From the NCBI GenBank assembly GCA_963845145.1, contig CAWJQU010000008.1, positions 538,457-602,456 of the forward strand: a stretch of 64,000 nt of DNA. The letters are read 5' to 3'. Each line of letters begins with the position of its first letter. Position 1 is the stretch's first letter. The DNA comes from an uncultured delta proteobacterium (GTDB lineage Bacteria; Desulfobacterota; Desulfobacteria; Desulfobacterales; QNYZ01). The notes under the pieces were generated by a model, which saw only the letters and a program-made list of their open reading frames with translations, was not told where the DNA came from and ran no database searches. Below, in pieces: positions 37,114 through 48,486 of this stretch. The translations under genes were made by a program, and so were the position numbers.

Positions 37114-38337
37114 TTAATGATCGCGATAAAATTTATCCGCTAAGCCATTGGTCATTTCAATAACCTTTTGGCCAATATCCGATAGGCTTTCTTGACAGAT
37201 CCGGCTTTCGGCTCCCGCGATAATCCCCGTTTCCACTTCGATAATTCTCGAATCGATACGTAGCTCATTCCCCATTTTCATTACTGAGCCAGTAATAATC
37301 GCTGAAGCTCCCAACATCTTGCCGATCTTTTGTGCCTCGGTGGTATCGATAATCCCACTTTGCCCCACTTTTAATTCGTCGATCACCTTTCTTAACTGTT
37401 CCCGTTCAACAATTTTAAATGCATCGCTATTGACCACCTCGGTGGTAAACATTTCCGACACCATGGTGCCCAGGTTGTTGCCTCCGGAGGTATTGTTTAA
37501 GGCCTGAAATTTCATCACGGCAATTTTATATTTCTTTTTATTGCGGAGAACCGGTACTGCGGCTACCGGAGCCTGGGGTTTTGAAACGGTGGCCGGCTGA
37601 CTTTTTTGTGCCGGTGTTTTCGGTTTTTGAGACTGAGGGATTATTTTTTGCGGTGTTTGTGGGGATTCAGGCTGTGGTTTTATCGGACGTCCAGAAAGAA
37701 CAAATGAAGCCAAGGCCCTTTGGTTGAATCCTTTAAGGTACTCTCGTTGTTCATATGAAAGGTTATCGGCATTTTTGAATGGCCCGTAGTTGAAACCCGA
37801 TTTTTCAACAGATTCAAAGTACGTTATCTTAAATAAAATATTTCCACTTTTATTAGCGATCCTTGCAAATTGTTTTGCCAAACTAATCGGTGACATGTAT
37901 CCTCTCTCCGAGAGGTATTTTATGTAACATCACGTTGGTGAAGGGTTGAAGATTCTGGTGTAATATTGATATTCTTCGTCATTGAAATTGTATACGCCGG
38001 CTTCCAGTTTATTTTTCACATTGCGATAAAAATCGCTTATAAAATGCGTTGCAATCCAATGAAACTCCACAATCACACATTTTTGTATTTTATTACTTTG
38101 ATCAGATTGTATAAATATATAGTAATCCCTTTTATGTTTTAACGGATTCCCATTGATAGATTTGCCCATCTTTTCAGTTTTAGTGTGCCCAACGTATTGA
38201 AACTCCGGTGCAACCGCCAGACTTAAGGCCGGATATGAAGAGTGAAAAACATTATCAGCAACATTGCGCTCAACCTCCACTGCTGCACAACCCGCCGAAA
38301 GAACCAGTGTAATTAAAATCAACAATTGCTTTTTCAT
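37114..38337 (-). CDS. Lipoprotein with C-terminal CsgG/FlgO-like domain, interrupted by one in-frame TGA (37930-37932)
   Basis: Lipobox LSAGC; ORFs 37930-38412 and 37114-37896 share a frame with no other stop; KIAVMKF, IVERxQL, IGKMLGA. Confidence 0.7.
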
Positions 38338-39328
38338 GAAAAACCAAAGAGAACTGATGGGACGATTCAAATGAGGGGCAATAAACCATCGATTATTCAT
38401 GTGATCATGCATTATTATTTGAAATTTCTAAGAAATGCAGGCTTATTTTTAAAAATTATTAGCATGAATAACTTAGTTTCTCAAGAATTATTTCACAATA
38501 AAAATATCTAGAATGAGTGTCAAGCGACTAAAAAATATTAGACAATGACAGTCACTCCCGATCATTAATAAAATACCGAACTTTGGAAATATAAATAAAA
38601 TATCAATAATATAAAACAATTAAATTGAATGCCATATAGTATTTTATTCAATTCTATCTGTTATGCGTTGTCCTTATGTGTCACTTTGTAGTAGTATTAA
38701 ACATTCCCTGCTTTTACATTATATATGTTGTCTACTGGATAAAAGTTTGTTATAATATTCATTAAATTTCCTCTAACATAAATTTTCCACGATTCCGAAA
38801 AGTGAACAAAACGGTAATCACCGACTGTAACAAGAAAATCGTTGGGCTCGGATTTCAGCGCTGGGGGGAGATTCTGGAACCCGGGGTTTGGAAAACACCG
38901 TTGCGAAACAGCTTAATAGCATCCTTTCAACTTTCGAAGCTTCGATTTGATCAAGCAGATAAACCTAAGCAGAATCGTAGAAGAACAAAATATAGCGCAG
39001 CAAATGTTTTGGGTGAAACGCAGGATAACGGTTTCAATCTCTTGAATCAAATTCGAGAGAGAGGCGCCGTCCAACGCAAAACCATTTCAAATATACCATA
39101 TGCGACCATTTTGAGGCGGCCGGCAATACCGCCATCTGCCCTTAGCCAGGGCTTTAAATTCGCTTCTATGCAAATCGGAAAAATACTTGTTTTGCATTCA
39201 ATTTAAACTATTTATATAATTGCTACAATTGGAATAACCAATGACATGTTAAGATGAAGGAATCTTTAAAAAAGACATCTTCAATAAAACTTTCTTAACG
39301 AAATCATGTCAAGGGCAAAGGCTTCAGC

Positions 39329-41204
39329 GTGTCAAACGAGAAAGCTAAAATAGAAGCGATCGTTGGAAAAAAATACGATATTAAGTCCGAAATATCAGCA
39401 GGGGGCATGGGTAAAATATTCTTGGGGGTTCATCGCTCACTTAGCAAACGCGTCGCTGTCAAAATCATACATCAGGAATTCAGGAAAGACAAAACCTTCA
39501 GGAAGCGTTTCCATCGTGAAGCCCGCTTAGCCGCAAACCTCGACCACCCCAGCATTGTCGATATATACGATTTCGGAAGCTCCGGTAATTTTGATTATAT
39601 CATCATGCCATTTATCGATGGAGAATCGCTAAAGGAAAAACTAAACCGGGAGAAAAAACTTTCCCTATCTGAAAGCCTCGATCTGATCGCGGCCATTACC
39701 AGTGCCCTTTCATGCGCCCATAAAAACAATGTTGTCCATCGAGATATCAAACCATCCAATATTCTGATTGACAAGCAGGGGCATGCCTATTTGACTGACT
39801 TTGGGATATCAAAAGACTTGGAAGCGGTTGAATTAACTCTGCCGGATACAGTAATGGGTTCGCCACGATATATAAGTCCTGAGCAAATTACCGGAAAGGA
39901 AATCGATGGGCGATGTGATCTTTATGCTTTGGGGCTTATTTTTTACGAAATGGTCACGGGAAGCTATCCTTATGCCGGCCGAAATACGAATGCTGTTTAC
40001 TATGCCCAAGTTAATGAAGTCCCCCCACGACCGGACCAAATTAATCCTGATATTCCAGGGGCGTTGAGCGATATTATAATGAAACTAGTTGAAAAACTGC
40101 CCGAGAATCGGTATAAAAAAGGAAACGAAGTCCTTCAGGATATCGCCAACGTTAAATCGAATGTTAAATTAGCTGTCAAGTCGGATCCTAAATCGGCTCA
40201 CCCCTCTATTCAATCCTCGGAAACTGAAGCCCCAGTTATTGACTACGACGCGAAGGATAACGCCAGGAAGGATAACACCAGATACAGTGACGGTGATCTA
40301 CCAACAGTTGTAAACATTCATAGGTCTGACAAGAACCGATTCTTTGATAATAAACCAAACTTCGCAGAATTGGCTGATTCCGAAGCAAAATCAAAATCGA
40401 TCCGATTCACCTCTTGGCAGTTCATTTCGATTGTCAGCGGTTTTGTTTTATTGGCGATTTTTGGTTATTTTTTGTTGGGTAAAACATCCAATCGAACCGA
40501 TACATTGGCCGTTCTGGATTCACAAAAAAGCATGTCTGATATTTTACCAAAAGAACGCTCATTTAAAGCTGAACCGTTTTTTCCAGACGGTTCACCTCCT
40601 TTAAAACCGAGAAAAGAGGAAGCAGAGATAAAAAAAACCTTGTCCGCCTCCCAAATATCCGCGCTCGATTCATCAGAAAAATCTTCACCTACGGTTGAAT
40701 TAAAGCAACCTCCTGAAACCGTAAACCTTCTTTCTCTTACCAAGCAAATTCAAGACTTTGGGAGAAAGTCAAGATGCTGATTTTATTCGGTTGTGGACAA
40801 ATAAAAACGTATATAAAATTGGCGATTCAATCGAATATTATTTTAAAACCAACCGAAATTGTCATCTAATCGTTGTGCTCTTTTCGTCTTCTGGTGAAAT
40901 AATAATGGTATTTCCAAATCAATACTATCCGGAGTCTTTTATCTCCACCGGGAATACTTACGATATTCCATCACCTGATAGTGACATCAATCTCGAGGTA
41001 ACCGGTCCACCCGGCATAGAGGAGATTTTAGCAATAGCTAGTGATAAACCGTTAGAGATATTCCCATTCAATGCCAATGATCTGCCATTTTTCGTCGTAG
41101 ATGGGACGGACCCATCTTTGATAAAACGGATTTATGGGAATCTACAGCTTGCTGAAAAAAAAAACCTAAAACATAAAATTGTTAAGTATGCGATTACAAG
41201 ATAA
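39329..41204 (+). CDS. Ser/Thr kinase - TM - DUF4384-like domain (frameshift near 40765)
   Basis: SAGGMG, HRDIKPSN, DFGISK, YISPEQ; TM helix; the overlapping ORF 40758-41204 has WTNKNVYKIGD, FPN, GPPGIEEI. Confidence 0.82.
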
Positions 41205-41262
41205 TTAGACGATGTGACCAAAAATCCAGAATACTGATACACAATCTAAAAGGAGTTAGGTC

Positions 41263-43371
41263 ATGAAATATAGGCATTTGATTTCAATATGTATTCTGAT
41301 GATTGGCGCTATCGGGTTTGTTGATTTTCCGGTTTACGCTAATGAACAAAGCCGTATTTTAATTAGTATCCATACTCAAAAGCCCTCCCAAAATAACCTT
41401 TCAGCCGCCCAAAAATTCGATGATGAGTCCTCAGAACTTTTGATAGCACAACTTTCCAAACAGTTTCTAAACGCTGGGTACCAAGTACTAACCATTGATG
41501 AGATCATTGCATCTAAGCAGATATCCGAAACGGATATTCGACAAGCCTATCATGGAAAACTTGGAAAATTGAGAAAAATTGGTGCTATTAATGGCGCCGG
41601 TTATATTTTGAACGGAACCGTTCGTACCTCGATTTCGGATCAGGAAGTAATGGACGTGAAGATGGCCAGGGCAGTTACCATTTTATCTTATAAAATAATT
41701 GAAACTGCAAATAGTAAAGTACTAGAGGTGGACAGTAGGAAATCAATTGGCGCGGGTGGTTCTCCGAGTAGCGCAATTTATGCGGCGGCCAACAAAATGA
41801 GCGAAAAATTAATTCAAACATTGAGACAACGGATTCCCGTGCAAACATCCACCGATATAGTTGAACGGTTAGTCAAATTTCAAAAACAATATAAAAAAGA
41901 AACAACTGATACCCCTGCACCAAGTACGCTAAAAGTGCCTGTGGCTAAACAAGTGGCCCCGGAAACGATAAAGAAAGTCACAAAAAATGGATGTCCTCAA
42001 ATAATAATAATCAATCCCCCTATGCCGCGAAGCTTTAAAGTTGTTGAAAAACGTAAGGCCTTTAATTTGGAGGGACAGGTCATCGATAAAACAGGGATTG
42101 AACTGTTAAGAATTAATGCTAATCCGGTTAACGTCGATAAAAGCGGATTTTTCCAATATTCAATCGAGCTTCAGCCAGGTGGCAATAATGTGGAAATCAT
42201 TGCAACGAACAAGATTGGAAATAGTGCCACCAAACGGATCCAAATAACCTATCCAATCGATAAATTACCCCCTCAACTAACCCTTATCCACCCAAAAGTT
42301 ACGCGCGGTTTTGCCGTGATAGATAAAAACCAGTCTCGTACCACTAGAGTGGAAGGATTGGTTAAAGATGAAGGGGGCATCCTATTTTTGCGTATTAATG
42401 ACAAAAACATCGACGTGCTTGAAAATGGACACTTTTCATATCAAGTCCCCATGAAAATAAAGATGGATAAGATCGTCATTGAAGCTGCAGACACCGTTGG
42501 CAACCTGACCCGTAAAGAGCTGAAAGTTGATCACCAATTTGATGGAAGCCGGAAGTCAAACGCTTTATCGGATAAAACACATTCTGCTGCAACCAGGGCC
42601 CAAAAACCGGTTTTGTGGGGGCTTGGTATTGGTGTATCGCGTTATAAAAGTGCGATAGTGGATTTAAAATATGCCGATGATGATATTTTAGCTTTAGAAA
42701 GTTTTTTTAAAACCCAGGAAGGCAAACTTTTTTCGGAAGTCCATTTTAAAACTCTGATTGACGAGGCCGTATCAAGAGAAAGCGTCATTAGTAATATTTC
42801 AACTCACTTGGGCCAAGCAGCACCCGATGATGTGGTCTTCATTTTTTTAGCGGGTCATGGGATTAAGCATCGCCAATCCGGATCTTATTATTTCCTTCCT
42901 TACGATGTGGATAATAGCAACCTGCTGTCCAGAGGCGTTCGAATGTCGGACTTTGAAGAAGCAGTTACAATTCTGTCACAAAATGTAGGTAAGGTAATCC
43001 TTGCCATGGATACCTGTCATTCCGGCGCCTTAAGTGTAGGGGCCAGATCCGTTTCTGGCGGTGAAGATCTCGTTGCCACGTTGCGTGAAGCGAGTGGCAT
43101 TTATATTCTCGCAGCGGCAAAAGGTGGGGAAGAGTCCCTTGAAGATAAACGCTTTAAAATAGTTGCTGACGATGTCGGCCATGGTGTTTTCACTTACGCA
43201 CTCCTTAAAGGGATGTCGGGTGATGCCAATTTTGATGGAGATGGATATATTTCGCTGCACGAAATATTTCAATATGTTTCTAAACAGGTCCCCCGGCTTA
43301 CATCTGGGCGTCAACATCCTTATTACCGCTCAGAGGGCACTGATATGCCATTAATCGTTATTGATCATTGA
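41263..43371 (+). CDS. Secreted caspase-family (C14) peptidase with two Ig-like domains
   Basis: Signal peptide; catalytic FLAGHG and MDTCHSG; LKYADDD, HGVFTYALL, DANFDGDGYIS. Confidence 0.9.
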   Translation: MKYRHLISICILMIGAIGFVDFPVYANEQSRILISIHTQKPSQNNLSAAQKFDDESSELLIAQLSKQFLNAGYQVLTIDEIIASKQISETDIRQAYHGKLGKLRKIGAINGAGYILNGTVRTSISDQEVMDVKMARAVTILSYKIIETANSKVLEVDSRKSIGAGGSPSSAIYAAANKMSEKLIQTLRQRIPVQTSTDIVERLVKFQKQYKKETTDTPAPSTLKVPVAKQVAPETIKKVTKNGCPQIIIINPPMPRSFKVVEKRKAFNLEGQVIDKTGIELLRINANPVNVDKSGFFQYSIELQPGGNNVEIIATNKIGNSATKRIQITYPIDKLPPQLTLIHPKVTRGFAVIDKNQSRTTRVEGLVKDEGGILFLRINDKNIDVLENGHFSYQVPMKIKMDKIVIEAADTVGNLTRKELKVDHQFDGSRKSNALSDKTHSAATRAQKPVLWGLGIGVSRYKSAIVDLKYADDDILALESFFKTQEGKLFSEVHFKTLIDEAVSRESVISNISTHLGQAAPDDVVFIFLAGHGIKHRQSGSYYFLPYDVDNSNLLSRGVRMSDFEEAVTILSQNVGKVILAMDTCHSGALSVGARSVSGGEDLVATLREASGIYILAAAKGGEESLEDKRFKIVADDVGHGVFTYALLKGMSGDANFDGDGYISLHEIFQYVSKQVPRLTSGRQHPYYRSEGTDMPLIVIDH

Positions 43372-43405
43372 TTGTAATCAAAATGATAATATGGAACTGT
43401 GAGGA

Positions 43406-44896
43406 ATGAAAAAAACAATCCTAATATTAATTTTACCGATCATATTAGTTAGTTATTATAGGATTGCCCAGTCTGATTTGAAAAGAACAAAAATCGCCGT
43501 ACTTGATTTCACACTCCAAGGAAAGGGCTTCAAAACTGAAGATTTGGGTCAAATCGTAGCTGAATGGTTGATTACGGCTCTGGTTAAAGAAGGTCGCTTT
43601 GATGTCATAGAACGCCGGTTGCTACGAAAGGTTATTGCCGAACAACAACTCGCCGAGACAGGCCTTTTGGACCATAAGACAACCGCTCAACTGGGAAAGA
43701 TACTGGGTGTTAAAGCAATAGTAACCGGGTCGGTAATGCGAATACAGGACATGACAGAAATTAATACCCGCATGATTGATGTGGAATCCGGGTCCATTCT
43801 TACAGCGGAATGCGCTAAAAACCAAGACGATAGTGAGTTGAAAAGCTTGGTTGAAGATATGACCCAAAAAATTATTAAAGCCTTTCCGCTTGAGGGTTAC
43901 ATTGTTAGTAGGCGAGATGATCAGGTAACCTTGGATCTTGGCCGATTCAGCGGTGTTAAAAAGGGCATGAAATTTTTTGCTTATCAAAAAGGGGAAGTTG
44001 TTAAACACCCGAAAACGGGAAAAATCTTAGGTGCCAAGAAAATACAAACCGGATTAATACGTATCGATAAAGTGTTGGATAAATTTTCAGAGGGTTATAT
44101 ATTAAAGGAGATTAATAAAAATTCCTTAAATTCCGGCCATCGTGTAAAAAGTGGCTATAATGATTTAAACGATGTAAAAGGTGCTCTTTTTATCAATACG
44201 GTACCTATCAATTCGGATATTCAAATTCTGAATATCAAACCGAAATACTATCGAGGAATTTACATGGTTCCTGGAAATTATCACATTAAAGTAACGGCAT
44301 CTTCGTATCATGCAAAATCTCAGTGGATACAGATTTTACCAGGTGAAAATAAAATCATGTCAATTACTTTGGTCAAAGCGAAGCCACCAGAACCTCCTGA
44401 AAAACAACTTTTTAATAATCCCCCTCCCGAGAGCACACAAACTTCAAATCGTTCTACCCGAAGCCGCCAAACGGAACCGGGTAGAATCCAAGAAGAAGAG
44501 CCCGATTGTAACCCTTTTGATGATAATTATCTTTCGCGAAACCAGCTAATGGAGATAAAGGATAAGGAGCGACAAAGGGAAACGGCAGCGCAAATTTTTA
44601 CGGACGTTAGCTCAAGTCCACAAAGGAGTAGATTTAATTCGACGGGTTTAGAAATAGATTCAGACAATAACCCAATCAGCCTGTCAATAAGTCCGGCAAG
44701 CAAAACTGTAAAAATTAACGAGTTGGTTACCTTGAAAGCGACATTAAAACTGGAGGATGGGTCTACCAAAGATGTGAGCAAGGAAGTGTCTTGGAATCCG
44801 GGGAATCCGTTTAAAAAAGGTATTATTGGAGAATATAATGTAAAGGCTACTTTCAACGATTTGAGCGGAACAGCCACAATAACGGTGATAAAATAA
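43406..44896 (+). CDS. CsgG/FlgO + FlgT_C-like + PEGA-like + Ig-like exported protein
   Basis: IAVLDF, RFDVIER, LGKILGV, HPKTG, PGNYHIKV; C-terminal Big_2-like EDGSTKDVS. Confidence 0.8.
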   Translation: MKKTILILILPIILVSYYRIAQSDLKRTKIAVLDFTLQGKGFKTEDLGQIVAEWLITALVKEGRFDVIERRLLRKVIAEQQLAETGLLDHKTTAQLGKILGVKAIVTGSVMRIQDMTEINTRMIDVESGSILTAECAKNQDDSELKSLVEDMTQKIIKAFPLEGYIVSRRDDQVTLDLGRFSGVKKGMKFFAYQKGEVVKHPKTGKILGAKKIQTGLIRIDKVLDKFSEGYILKEINKNSLNSGHRVKSGYNDLNDVKGALFINTVPINSDIQILNIKPKYYRGIYMVPGNYHIKVTASSYHAKSQWIQILPGENKIMSITLVKAKPPEPPEKQLFNNPPPESTQTSNRSTRSRQTEPGRIQEEEPDCNPFDDNYLSRNQLMEIKDKERQRETAAQIFTDVSSSPQRSRFNSTGLEIDSDNNPISLSISPASKTVKINELVTLKATLKLEDGSTKDVSKEVSWNPGNPFKKGIIGEYNVKATFNDLSGTATITVIK

Positions 44897-45038
44897 TGAC
44901 ATTGAGGATGGCGACAGAATTCATGCTCTTCTATGGTAAGTTTTTAAAATAAAAGGACTTTATCTAAAAATTTATTGAGACAACCCTTAGATTGTATTTG
45001 TAAGTATTTACAGCAATTTTAGCCAGGAGATTCGGGGA

Positions 45039-46712
45039 ATGAAAAAATTACTCGTAATTTTAATCTTACCTATTTTTTTTGTTATTTATCCTAAAGTCGC
45101 CACCGCTGAATTTATTAAGAATAAAATAGCAGTACTTGATTTCATGCTCCAAGGGAAAGGATTTGAAACCGAAGATTTAGGCCAAATCGTTGCCGAATGG
45201 TTAATTACCGCCTTAGTAAAACAAGGCCGCTTTGATGTCGTTGAACGCCGGTTGTTAAAAAAGATTATTGCCGAACAACATCTCTCCGAAACGGGTCTTT
45301 TGGACCAAAGGACAACTGCTCAATTAGGAAAAGTACTGGGTGTTAAAGTAGTCGTTTCTGGCTCAGTCATGCGAATACAAGATATTATTGAGGTTAATTC
45401 CCGCATCATCGATGTAGAATCTGGATCTATTCTTGCTGCAGAAAGCGTTAAGAACGAAGATGCCAGCCGGTTGAAAAACCTTGTGGAAGAAATGGCCCAA
45501 AAAATCATTAAAGCTTTCCCACTAGAGGGATACGTTGTTAATCGACAGAATGAACATGTAACAATAGACCTTGGTCGCACTAGCGGAGTAAAGCCGGGCA
45601 TGGAATTTATTGTTTATAAAGAGGGCGAAGTCATCAAGCATCCAAAAACTGGGGAGGTTTTAGATGTCCAGAAGATCCAAACCGGATATATTAATATCCA
45701 CAAAGTATTAGATAAGTTATCAGAGGGTTCAATAAAATTTGAAACCGAACCCAAAGCGATAAAATATGGGCACCTTGTAAAAAGCTCCTCGAAAGATTCC
45801 AAAGGTGAAGGCTTTTCAATAAATGTTAAAATGGATAGCCGAGCTAAAGATATTAAGCCCCAAAAAGGGTCTCTCATCATCAATGCCTCTCCTGCAAATT
45901 CAAAAGTTAGGATTTTAAATATCAAACCGAAATATTACGAAGGAATTAACTTGGATCCAGGAAAATATCGCATCGAAGTGACGTCTCCTTCTTTTCAGTC
46001 GAAAAAACGATGGATAGTTATTTCACCTGGAGAGAAGAAAAATGTCTCAATCGATTTGGTAAAATTAGAAATGAAGAAAGATAGAAAAGATAAAATTGCC
46101 CCGGTAAAACAGTCACAATCTACTTTAATTGATAATCAGAGGGAAACTGAAAAAAAAAATACAGGTGGAAAAACACATTTAAGAAAAATTAAAAAGCAGC
46201 CTCAAAAATTAATGGCTAAACAATCTTTAACACTGGCAATTTTTCCATGGCAATTTGTAGATGAAATGCATTGGAGAAAGAATCTTACTCGAGGTAAAAT
46301 AGTGAGTGCCCTTATTGAGACAGCCAATCAATATCCGCAAATTAATCTGAGATATTCCTATTATGATTTTAATAAGTACGATAATGTAAAAATAGAACTT
46401 TTAACGGAAAGCATAAAAAAGTTTGGGGATCAGGGGGTATGGGAGGGAGTAGGTGTAATGATTAGCCCAAATGCTACAAATGTTTTAAATTATAGTAAAA
46501 ATATTGACGTAGATCTGGTGCTTATGGGAAATTTATTATTTTTCGATATTGATGGTCAACCGGGATCAGGCAAATATCAACTTAACTTATATCTTATTAA
46601 TGTTATTTCGGGGAAAGTTGAAAAGAAAACTAAATATTTTTTTGAATCTAATCCAATACAAAGCATAAAAACGATTACAAAAGATATTTTAGACACAATC
46701 AAAAGCAATTAA
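45039..46712 (+). CDS. CsgG/FlgO + FlgT_C-like + PEGA-like exported protein, paralog of 43406-44896
   Basis: N-terminal ~250 aa highly similar to the upstream gene; different C-terminus. Confidence 0.8.
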   Translation: MKKLLVILILPIFFVIYPKVATAEFIKNKIAVLDFMLQGKGFETEDLGQIVAEWLITALVKQGRFDVVERRLLKKIIAEQHLSETGLLDQRTTAQLGKVLGVKVVVSGSVMRIQDIIEVNSRIIDVESGSILAAESVKNEDASRLKNLVEEMAQKIIKAFPLEGYVVNRQNEHVTIDLGRTSGVKPGMEFIVYKEGEVIKHPKTGEVLDVQKIQTGYINIHKVLDKLSEGSIKFETEPKAIKYGHLVKSSSKDSKGEGFSINVKMDSRAKDIKPQKGSLIINASPANSKVRILNIKPKYYEGINLDPGKYRIEVTSPSFQSKKRWIVISPGEKKNVSIDLVKLEMKKDRKDKIAPVKQSQSTLIDNQRETEKKNTGGKTHLRKIKKQPQKLMAKQSLTLAIFPWQFVDEMHWRKNLTRGKIVSALIETANQYPQINLRYSYYDFNKYDNVKIELLTESIKKFGDQGVWEGVGVMISPNATNVLNYSKNIDVDLVLMGNLLFFDIDGQPGSGKYQLNLYLINVISGKVEKKTKYFFESNPIQSIKTITKDILDTIKSN

Positions 46713-46755
46713 AGCATGGCAGTTAGGAAGAAAAAGTGCCCGAAATTAGCTTCGT

Positions 46756-46968
46756 TTGAAGGATCTATCGGCTGGTGCGACACCCCTGATCGATTTGGCC
46801 CGCTCTGCCGCCAGAAAGTTTGGCGCAGATGTCGTGTTGATGTGTAATGTTAAAATTCGTGAGATGGAACCACCCGATGGAGATGTCACTATGTTCTTAA
46901 TAGACGCGATGAGTGGCAAGGTGCAAAAGTTAAATAGGAAAATGCCCAGTTTGATACATCAAACATGA
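46756..46968 (+). pseudogene. Orphan fragment resembling the C-terminal domain of 45039-46712
   Basis: ADVVLMCN...MFLIDAMSGKVQK vs VDLVLMGN...LYLINVISGKVEK. Confidence 0.45.
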
Positions 46969-47112
46969 AATTTTCGTTTAAGTTGATCAATAAACTATTG
47001 GATAACTAAAAATAATTAATGCAAAACTGCTCTCGCAGCTTCGTATAGTTCACCTGTAACCTTGGTATATTTATCGCGACGAATTATTATTAACACTCTG
47101 ACCACCTAAAAC

Positions 47113-48437
47113 GGGAGTGTTCAATATTCTGTGTCGGGTTTTTTTCTTGATCATCAGCCATACCAAACCTAATTCTTTATCCAGCCTTCCTTCAAAGAAT
47201 ATCGCTAACTGAGAAATGGTTAAAGACCTGTTTTGAAACGACATCGTCCATTTCTTACTCACATCCGGTATGCCCATATCGAAAAGCTTAAACAGGCTTT
47301 CCTGGTTTTGGAAAGCCCCTTTGGTTTTGGTTAATTTCGAAACCGTCGGTGAACGGCTTCAATGGTGTTCGTCGTGTAAATGATCCTGCGAATATCCTTC
47401 GGATACTTGAAGAATTGGCTGAGCCGATCCCAGTTGTTTCACCAGGGCTTGCTGACAATTGGATATTTGTCGTTTTATTTGTCTTCGAGCTTGTCTAACT
47501 CGGACTCGGCCAAATCTTTGTTAGTGGCCTTGTATACACGCTTGAGATCAACCATAAATTCTTTCTGATTCTTTGAGCCAACGTATTCCAAGGTGTTCCG
47601 ATTTTGATGTACAATACAAAGTTGGACTTCCTTTTTCGGAAAGATCGTCTCAATGGCTTCCGGAAATCCTTTAAGACTGTCACTGCAGGCGATCAGGATA
47701 TCTCCAATGCCCCGGTTGGATAGATCGGTCAGAACCTGCAGCCAGAAGTTGGCCCCTTCGTTCTCTGAAATAGACAGCCCAAGAACTTTCTTGCGGCCGT
47801 CAATATTGACATCAAGGATCGTGTAAATGGCTTTTCTGTGAACTTTGCAATCTTCACGTATTTTGTAATGAATCGCATCCAGCCATACAATGGGATAAAT
47901 CGATTCCAATGCACGGGCGTGCCACTCTTTTACGGTATGGATAATTTTATCGGTAATCGCCGTTAGGGTGCCCTTGGATGCCTCAATGCCATAGATATCC
48001 TCAAGATGGGCGGATATGTCCTTATAGCTCATTCCAAAGCCGTACAGGGCAAGGATTTTTTCTTCAATCTGATCGTTTAAGGTCGTTTGGTGCTTTTTGA
48101 TCAGCCTGGGTTTAAATGTTCCGGTACGATCAAGCGGCGTTTCGAGTTCAAATGAGCCATTGAGGGTCTTGGTCGTCTTTTTACTCTTGCCATTTTTACG
48201 GTTGGCAGCTATCTTCTGTCCGAGGTGAGCGTCTAACTCCCCTTCGAGGGCTGCTTCCGCCAGGTTCTTTATCAGTGGGGTGAGAACCCCGTCTTTACCG
48301 GTGAGCGGCTTTACCCGATTGGATCGCCTTAAGGGCTTTCTGAAAATCAAATGTGCTTTCGTCTCTTGCCATGTCAGTCTCCTTTTAGCTTTATCTAAAG
48401 CTTTCTATTTGACTGACACAAAATTATGAAGCCCCTC
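47113..48437 (-). mobile_element. IS256-family element with inactivated transposase (1325 bp)
   Basis: YPIVWLDAIHYK, VQLCIVH; 23-bp imperfect IRs (16/23); 8-bp target duplication CCTAAAAC at 47105-47112 and 48438-48445; frameshift and premature TAA. Confidence 0.92.
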
Positions 48438-48486
48438 CCTAAAACCAACATATTTTCAATAGCGGTTTTTGCGTAAATAGGGAAAA

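Noticed and set aside
38802..39206. 134-aa ORF in the divergent intergenic region
   Set aside because: No recognisable motif or RBS; may be a gene remnant.
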